From positions 40,813 to 104,812 of the forward strand of contig MFGB01000020.1 of assembly GCA_001780275.1 (NCBI GenBank): DNA of 64,000 nucleotides, written 5' to 3'. The stretch comes from Candidatus Falkowbacteria bacterium RIFOXYA2_FULL_47_19 (lineage in GTDB: Bacteria > Patescibacteriota > Patescibacteriia > Patescibacteriales > UBA12075). Positions within the stretch are counted from its first letter, which is position 1. Every line of letters starts with the position of its first letter. Position numbers and translations under genes: made by a program. Below are positions 58,256-64,000 of this stretch, one piece after another. The notes below the pieces were generated by a model. It was not told the origin of the DNA. It did no database searches and was given only the letters and a program-made list of their open reading frames with translations.

Positions 58256-58834
58256 ATGCCGTTAATACCTACAGTCATCGAAAAATCCGGCCAGATCGAA
58301 CGGGCGTATGATATCTACTCTCGCCTCTTAAAAGACCGGATAATCTTTTTAGGCGAACAAATATCGGATCATGTCGCGAATATCATCATCGCCCAATTCC
58401 TTTTTTTGGACGCGGAAAACAAGGAAAAAGACATTAAATTCTACATAAACAGCCCGGGCGGATCGGTTACGGCTGGGATGGCTATTTACGATACGATGCA
58501 ATACGTTAAATGCGACGTTTCCACTATCTGCGTCGGCATGGCCGCTTCTATGGGAGCGACCTTGCTCGCGTCCGGCGCCAAGGGAAAAAGATTCGCTTTG
58601 CCGAATTCAGAGATTATGATCCACCAGGTAATGGGCGGGGCCGAGGGTCAGGCGACCGACATAAAGATCCGCGCCGAACACATCCTTCAGGTCAAAGACC
58701 GTCTCAATAAGTTACTGGCCAAGCACACCGGCCAAAAAATATCCCAAATCGAAAAAGACACCGATCGCGATCGTTTCATGACCCCCGAAGAAGCGCAAAA
58801 ATACGGGATTATAGATAAAATCATTTCAAAATAA
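58256..58834 (+). CDS. clpP: ATP-dependent Clp protease proteolytic subunit
   Basis: [37 protein letters not shown]. Confidence 0.98.
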   Translation: MPLIPTVIEKSGQIERAYDIYSRLLKDRIIFLGEQISDHVANIIIAQFLFLDAENKEKDIKFYINSPGGSVTAGMAIYDTMQYVKCDVSTICVGMAASMGATLLASGAKGKRFALPNSEIMIHQVMGGAEGQATDIKIRAEHILQVKDRLNKLLAKHTGQKISQIEKDTDRDRFMTPEEAQKYGIIDKIISK

Positions 58835-58877
58835 AACAAAAAACCGAACCGACCGCGCATCGCAAAGGAGGATTATT

Positions 58878-59180
58878 ATGTTTTCCAGGCACCGGAAATT
58901 CCGAAACGCGCTTAAGGCCGCCACGGGAAAAGAACATAACCGCATGATCGTCGCCCATTTTCTGAAAAGAGGCGAAGAGGTCCCTATTGATAGACACGAT
59001 GCCGATGAATGGATAATAATCGACAAAGGCATATGTTCGGTCCTGATCGGAAACACGGAATACGACATCGATGCCGGGTCGCATATTTTTACGATCCACA
59101 TCCCCAAACGCACCGAACACGCCTTTGTCGCTTTAAGCGATATCGAATATTTCGTGGTCAAGGAGATCATAACCGAATAA
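58878..59180 (+). CDS. Small cupin-fold protein
   Basis: H...EWII...G...IP..TEH. Confidence 0.7.
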   Translation: MFSRHRKFRNALKAATGKEHNRMIVAHFLKRGEEVPIDRHDADEWIIIDKGICSVLIGNTEYDIDAGSHIFTIHIPKRTEHAFVALSDIEYFVVKEIITE

Positions 59181-59242
59181 TAACCGCTAAGAAGCCTTCG
59201 GCTTCTTTTTATTTTTTTCTTTTTAAGATATAATAAAAAGGT

Positions 59243-59923
59243 ATGAAAAAATTCTATTTAAAAAAACTTGACGAACGCGGTAAGATAGCGGTTTGGCAAG
59301 TTGACGGTGCGTCTATTAGAAATAAGATCGACATAGAATTTACCAACTTCGGACACCACTATCGCAATCCTTATATACCAAAATATGAGTTCTGGCTGGA
59401 CCGGGAGGCCGACTTCAATGAAGAAGAATTCTATATTACCCATCTGTTGGCGGACTGGGAGCTTATGAAAAAGGGCTATAATCATTGGAACGCGGGAGTG
59501 ATCGCGGAGAAAAAAGAGGCGGCGGAAAGAAGAAAATCCAAAGATTACGCCGCGGCTCTGAAAAAAAACGGCCAGCCCGCGGTTGAAAAGATCCATGTCC
59601 GCCTGCTCCAAAAGACCGCTAATAACGTATCCGTGTGGGTGGTTAGGGGAAGGCTCATAAGAAATGCCATAAACATCGAGTTCAGCGAAGGCGGCCACGA
59701 TCTGGTTTACGACTTCATTCCAAAAAACGAAGTTTGGATAGATAATGATATTTATAGCGAAGAGCGGCTGCCGATAATCCTTCATGAACTTTACGAACGC
59801 ACTTTGATGATGGAAGGACTCAAGTACCTGGCCGCGCATAGGCGTGCCAGTCGCCTAGAATACGAAGCCCGCAATAACAAAAAAATCTTGAAAAGCAATT
59901 TGGCGCTTTTGGGATGGAAATAA
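59243..59923 (+). CDS. Hypothetical protein with internal duplication and HExxE motif
   Basis: Two similar halves (VW.V.G..IRN.I.IEF...GH....IPK.E.W.D). Confidence 0.75.
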   Translation: MKKFYLKKLDERGKIAVWQVDGASIRNKIDIEFTNFGHHYRNPYIPKYEFWLDREADFNEEEFYITHLLADWELMKKGYNHWNAGVIAEKKEAAERRKSKDYAAALKKNGQPAVEKIHVRLLQKTANNVSVWVVRGRLIRNAINIEFSEGGHDLVYDFIPKNEVWIDNDIYSEERLPIILHELYERTLMMEGLKYLAAHRRASRLEYEARNNKKILKSNLALLGWK

Positions 59924-59925
59924 TT

Positions 59926-60609
59926 ATGGAAGCATTCAAAATAAAAATTGATTGCCTGATCATTTCCGACATCCACCTGGGGGACAGTACCGCCCGTTGC
60001 CGGGAAGTATTAGAGGTGCTAAGAAAATACGATTACGACAAACTGATACTTAACGGGGATATCGTGGACGGCCTGCGCCTGGAGCGGTGGACCCCGGAGC
60101 ATTGGGGGGTTTTTTCGAAGCTGAAAAGATTGTCGAAAAAGTGTGAGGTTGTCTGGATACACGGCAACCATGACGCCAGTAATTATATTTTATCCAGGCT
60201 CCTGGGCCTGAGAGTACGCAACCGTTATGTGTGGAAATACGGACGCAAAAAATTCCTGGCCATCCATGGGCACCAATACGACCGTTATCTTAATAATAAC
60301 TACATAGCGAGCCAGATCGCTTATATATTTTACAGCTTCATAAAGAATATCGATTATAACGGTATTTTGGCGAACCTTATCAGGAATAGAAGCGCCGTTT
60401 GGGAAAGGGGTTCATTGGAGGTGGCGAAAGGCGCCCTGCGCCTGGGGCGCCTGCTTATGGCCGATTATGTTTTTTGCGGCCACACCCACAAGATACATTC
60501 GGAAGAGGGGCGAGGCATTAAATACTTCAATACCGGATCATGGGTGGAAAAACCTTCGGCCTACATAACAATTACCGGCGATCAGGTCGAATTGCATAAA
60601 ATCGATTAA
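59926..60609 (+). CDS. Calcineurin-like metallophosphoesterase (LpxH/YbbF-like)
   Basis: SDIHLG, GDIVD, GNHD, HGH, GHTH, NTGSW. Confidence 0.9.
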   Translation: MEAFKIKIDCLIISDIHLGDSTARCREVLEVLRKYDYDKLILNGDIVDGLRLERWTPEHWGVFSKLKRLSKKCEVVWIHGNHDASNYILSRLLGLRVRNRYVWKYGRKKFLAIHGHQYDRYLNNNYIASQIAYIFYSFIKNIDYNGILANLIRNRSAVWERGSLEVAKGALRLGRLLMADYVFCGHTHKIHSEEGRGIKYFNTGSWVEKPSAYITITGDQVELHKID

Positions 60610-60692
60610 AATTAATCGATTCTCTATATTTTTTTTATATTTATATTATCGTTTTCTTATCTTAGCGTAATTATATCTTGATAAGCTGTGGC

Positions 60693-60863
60693 ATGGGGAA
60701 AGAAAACGATCAAGAAGAAAAAATCTGCTTTTATTGCGTTTTTCTTAAGAAGAGCGGTGACTATTATTATTGTCATAGATGCCTTGAGGTGTTCAAAAAT
60801 AGAAAGGAATTTAAAAGAACCTGCCCGTATTTCTTTAAAAAACGAATAGTCCGAATTAAATAA
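60693..60863 (+). CDS. Small Cys-rich protein
   Basis: CxxC...CxxC...C; terminator downstream. Confidence 0.4.
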   Translation: MGKENDQEEKICFYCVFLKKSGDYYYCHRCLEVFKNRKEFKRTCPYFFKKRIVRIK

Positions 60864-60932
60864 AAACGTCCGTCAGGAGACGTTTTTTTATCACAAAAAA
60901 ACAGGATGGATTTATCCTGTTGTACTGCTTTT

Positions 60933-61493
60933 TTAATACTGTGCTTTTTTAACAAAGCTTAATATTTCCGCGAAAGCCTCGTCAGCGCTCAACTTGCTGG
61001 TGTTGATTATAAAATCATAATGAGACTTGTCGTGTACGTCGATCTTGTAATATTTTTTATAACGGACTATGTCGCTTTTTTGCCTGCGGCGAATGCTTTT
61101 CAGCACGTCCGAGACCGAGTCCAGATTTTTACCCTCATTCCTTTTGTCCGAGTTCTCTTTAAGATCTTTCCAAATTCTGGCGGCCGCGATCGTGTCTTTT
61201 ACATCGATGTACAGCTTAAGGGAGTGCGGAATAAAAAACCAGGAAGTTCGACCCTCGATAATGAAATTATCTTCCGTTTCACCTAATTTTTTTTGATAAT
61301 CGTCAACTTCTTTATCCGTGGTCGGATCGGTTTCGCCGAGTTTATTGTATTCTTCCAGAGTAAGGCCGCGTTCTTTGGCCATCTTCCGCCTTAATCCGCC
61401 CATATAATACCTTGGCCATCCCAAGGTTTCCGCTAATTTTTTAGCCAGAGTGGATTTTCCGGAACCTTCCGGCCCATTAATGGAAATAATCAT
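60933..61493 (-). CDS. cmk: Cytidylate kinase (short, archaeal-like type)
   Basis: ISINGPEGSGKST, D..VD..Q, IEGR, RY..YY.ID....YD..INTS. Confidence 0.85.
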   Translation of the reverse strand: MIISINGPEGSGKSTLAKKLAETLGWPRYYMGGLRRKMAKERGLTLEEYNKLGETDPTTDKEVDDYQKKLGETEDNFIIEGRTSWFFIPHSLKLYIDVKDTIAAARIWKDLKENSDKRNEGKNLDSVSDVLKSIRRRQKSDIVRYKKYYKIDVHDKSHYDFIINTSKLSADEAFAEILSFVKKAQY

Positions 61494-61497
61494 GTTT

Positions 61498-62217
61498 TTA
61501 TTTTACCCCCTTTTTGAGGAAATTTTTTAAATCCTCCGGTATATCGATTTTATATGATTTTTTCTCGCCACGCAAGTCGGTAAATTCAAGCCGATGGGCG
61601 ACTAAAAATATCCGGTCCAGCGAAAGCTTCGCGTTTTTTGTCTTGGTTTTTCTGGTTCCGTATAGCTCGTCGCCGACCAGAGGATGCCCATAGGCCGCCA
61701 GATGCACCCGGATCTGGTGAGTGCGTCCGGTTTTTATCCGGACCTCAAGCAGCGTATAGTTTATGTACGGCTTCACCACCTTAAATACCGTAATCGCTTC
61801 GCGCCCCGCGGAATTCTTCTCCCCCTTAACCGTGGTCGGCTTGGCCGCCATCTTGTGGCCGCGGACGCTTCTTTCTATCGGAAAATTTATCTCGTCTCCG
61901 TCTTTTTCGATGCGTCCATGGACAAGCGCGGTATAATATTTTCTGATGCTTCTTTCCTGGAACTGTTTCTTCAGGTCCGCAAAACTTTCCTGCGTACGGG
62001 CTACGACCAATAGTCCGGATACTGACTTATCCAAACGATGCATGATTCCCGGCCGCGTCGAATCTTCACCGACTTCCTTTAGTTCGGGCCAATCAGCGAG
62101 AAGCTGATCCGCCAGGGTCAAATCCTTAAGATGCGGCGCGCCATGGACCAGAAGCCCGGCGGGCTTATTGACCACGATATAGTCTTCGGTTTCGCTGATT
62201 AGTTCATATTTCAACAT
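61498..62217 (-). CDS. RluA/RluD family pseudouridine synthase
   Basis: NKPAGL.VH, HRLDK..SG, TGRTHQIRVH....GHP.VGD..YG. Confidence 0.95.
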   Translation of the reverse strand: MLKYELISETEDYIVVNKPAGLLVHGAPHLKDLTLADQLLADWPELKEVGEDSTRPGIMHRLDKSVSGLLVVARTQESFADLKKQFQERSIRKYYTALVHGRIEKDGDEINFPIERSVRGHKMAAKPTTVKGEKNSAGREAITVFKVVKPYINYTLLEVRIKTGRTHQIRVHLAAYGHPLVGDELYGTRKTKTKNAKLSLDRIFLVAHRLEFTDLRGEKKSYKIDIPEDLKNFLKKGVK

Positions 62218-62249
62218 AGGATTAAACTTATGCCGGCTGCGGCCGGAAA

Positions 62250-63443
62250 TTATTTATTTATCGCTTCATCAAATCTTTCCGCCATCGCTTTCAGGGAAAA
62301 ATCCTTAACGACCCTTTCCCGTCCGGCCTGCCCCAGGCAAGAGCGCAAAGACCTGTCTTTATAAAGCCTGATTATGCTTTGCGCCAACGGCTCGCTGTCA
62401 TCGGTTTCATTAAACAACGCGCCGGAGCGAGAATCAATAAAATCCTCCAGGCCGATGCCGGACGGCCCGATAACCGGCAGGCCCGCGGCGGAAGCCCTAA
62501 GAACCGTCCTGATATCGGAAAATTTCAAATAATCGCTGGCGCTCACGAAAACATCGAAATTATCGAACCATTTCTGCAAGCGTTTCTGTTCTCCCACAAA
62601 CCAGACCAAACCGTCGATTCCCATTTTTTTAGCCAGCCAACCGGACGCCTTGCGTTCTTTTCCGTCTCCGATAACGATAAGCTGCAGGTTGGGGATAACC
62701 GTCAGGCACCTCCTGACCGCCTGAAGAAGGGTTTCCAGCCGTTTTTTTTCGTTAAGATCCAAAACGGTGCCGACCGTGAAAAATTTCCGCTTGGTCTTTT
62801 TGTGCTCGGTTTCCGCCAGTTGGTCGAAAATATTGTCTTGTTCCCCGGAACCGTCTATCTTTAAGCCTGGCGCCACGGAAAAGATCAATGATTTTTTAAT
62901 GCCAACGGCCGCCAATTCGTTTTTGGTTAATCCCGAAAAAACCACCAGGCGGGCAAAGCGGGAACAGGCGCGGAAAAGCCAGCGCGAGAACCGGCTCTTC
63001 AGATTCAGTTCTCCGGGAAGTTCTATCCAAAAAATTTTCAAACGCAACAACGCGGCCGCCGGAGTTACAATGATCTTTTCCGGCCAGCTATAGCAGACGA
63101 CTGCCCGTATATTATTTCGTCTTTTTCGGAAAAAAAGAAAAAACAGGAAAATAAAAAAATAAAAAGGCCAAAGAAGCAAAAACGCCACGGATGAAAAAAG
63201 ACCATTGGCCGCGCGCGGAAAAATTGCGGGTTTTTTCGTCATCCAGGCTCCTTCGCTGACCGCCTGCAGGAACTGCCGGCTGCCGGTCATAAAATTAAAA
63301 GCGTAATTATCGCTCGCCAGTTCTTTAAATAGATCCATCGGCTCCGGAACCCCTGGGGTGGAATTTATTATTAAAATATTCTTTGTTGGCATAATCTTTT
63401 GAATATTTGATGATCGGGTATTCTTTGTGTTCTTGAAAATCAT
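62250..63443 (-). CDS. GT4-like glycosyltransferase
   Basis: C-terminal GT-B domain (LIVIGDG.E...V.FVG...FDVFV..S...AAGLPVI); the usual EX7E motif is not evident. Confidence 0.8.
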   Translation of the reverse strand: MIFKNTKNTRSSNIQKIMPTKNILIINSTPGVPEPMDLFKELASDNYAFNFMTGSRQFLQAVSEGAWMTKKPAIFPRAANGLFSSVAFLLLWPFYFFIFLFFLFFRKRRNNIRAVVCYSWPEKIIVTPAAALLRLKIFWIELPGELNLKSRFSRWLFRACSRFARLVVFSGLTKNELAAVGIKKSLIFSVAPGLKIDGSGEQDNIFDQLAETEHKKTKRKFFTVGTVLDLNEKKRLETLLQAVRRCLTVIPNLQLIVIGDGKERKASGWLAKKMGIDGLVWFVGEQKRLQKWFDNFDVFVSASDYLKFSDIRTVLRASAAGLPVIGPSGIGLEDFIDSRSGALFNETDDSEPLAQSIIRLYKDRSLRSCLGQAGRERVVKDFSLKAMAERFDEAINK

Positions 63444-64000
63444 TGCTTGCGCAAAAGCTCCGATATTTCTTCTTTGGTAATTCCTTTAAGAACATACAAC
63501 GACCCGAAATAAACGACAACCGACAGGCTAAGCGCCAATAACAGATTATCGTATCCCGAGATTCGCAAGGCAAGCAAAGACAGCGCCATAATTCCGGCGG
63601 CCATTATCGCCTTAAGCGTTCTTCCTAAGACCGGAAAAAAACCAGTATATTTTCGTACCAGGTACAGAGAGGCCAGGGCGATAGCGGCTTCCGAGTAGAT
63701 AGTCATCCAGGCCGCGCCAAAATAAGAAAAACGCGGTATAAACAACCAATAGCCCATCAATGCCGTAACGGCCGTAAAGGCGTAAGCGCCGATTATTTTT
63801 TTTTGCTTGTCTATAGCAATGACGGCATGAGCGAAGATATTTCCTAAAAATATGAAACCGGCCGCCCCGATAAGTATTTTTAGTATCGGGCCGGAAGGGG
63901 CGAAATCGTTTCCGGCCACGAACACCATTATGTCCTGGGCTAAAAATTGCGCCCCAACCACGAATGGGATGGTTAAAACGGATAACAAATCGAAAGATTT
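63440..64000 (-). CDS. Polysaccharide flippase (Wzx/MurJ-like), 5' end outside window
   Basis: Multi-TM; LFIPRFSYFGAAW.T..SE motif. Confidence 0.8.
   Translation of the reverse strand, partial: KSFDLLSVLTIPFVVGAQFLAQDIMVFVAGNDFAPSGPILKILIGAAGFIFLGNIFAHAVIAIDKQKKIIGAYAFTAVTALMGYWLFIPRFSYFGAAWMTIYSEAAIALASLYLVRKYTGFFPVLGRTLKAIMAAGIMALSLLALRISGYDNLLLALSLSVVVYFGSLYVLKGITKEEISELLRKQ

Overview
A 64-kb bacterial chromosomal window read with the standard genetic code. The gene content (tandem TrbC/VirB2-type pilin array, two TrmB regulators, scattered nusA/infB/rbfA/truB/rplS/tig/clpP, many small membrane hypotheticals, tRNAs without encoded CCA) suggests a Patescibacteria/CPR (Parcubacteria-like) genome; that assignment is inference. 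Five intact tRNA genes are present: Leu-TAA, Asp-GTC, Leu-GAG, Val-TAC and Cys-GCA. The most striking pattern is that four of them have an adjacent degenerate 'shadow' copy in which the anticodon arm or T-arm is replaced or interrupted by a short GC-rich palindrome. Two of these loci enclose a small standalone GIY-YIG endonuclease gene, and a possible GIY-YIG remnant follows tRNA-Val. Together this suggests a tRNA-anchored GIY-YIG/palindrome mobile system. Other notable elements: a ~6.9-kb integrase-less island bounded by a 25-bp tRNA-Asp 3' direct repeat, with genes separated by a conserved hairpin family; a 9-gene pilin array with covarying intergenic RNA structures next to a glycosylation cluster; nested REP-like elements; and a DnaA-box cluster (candidate oriC). 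All calls come from reading the sequence by eye; no searches were run.
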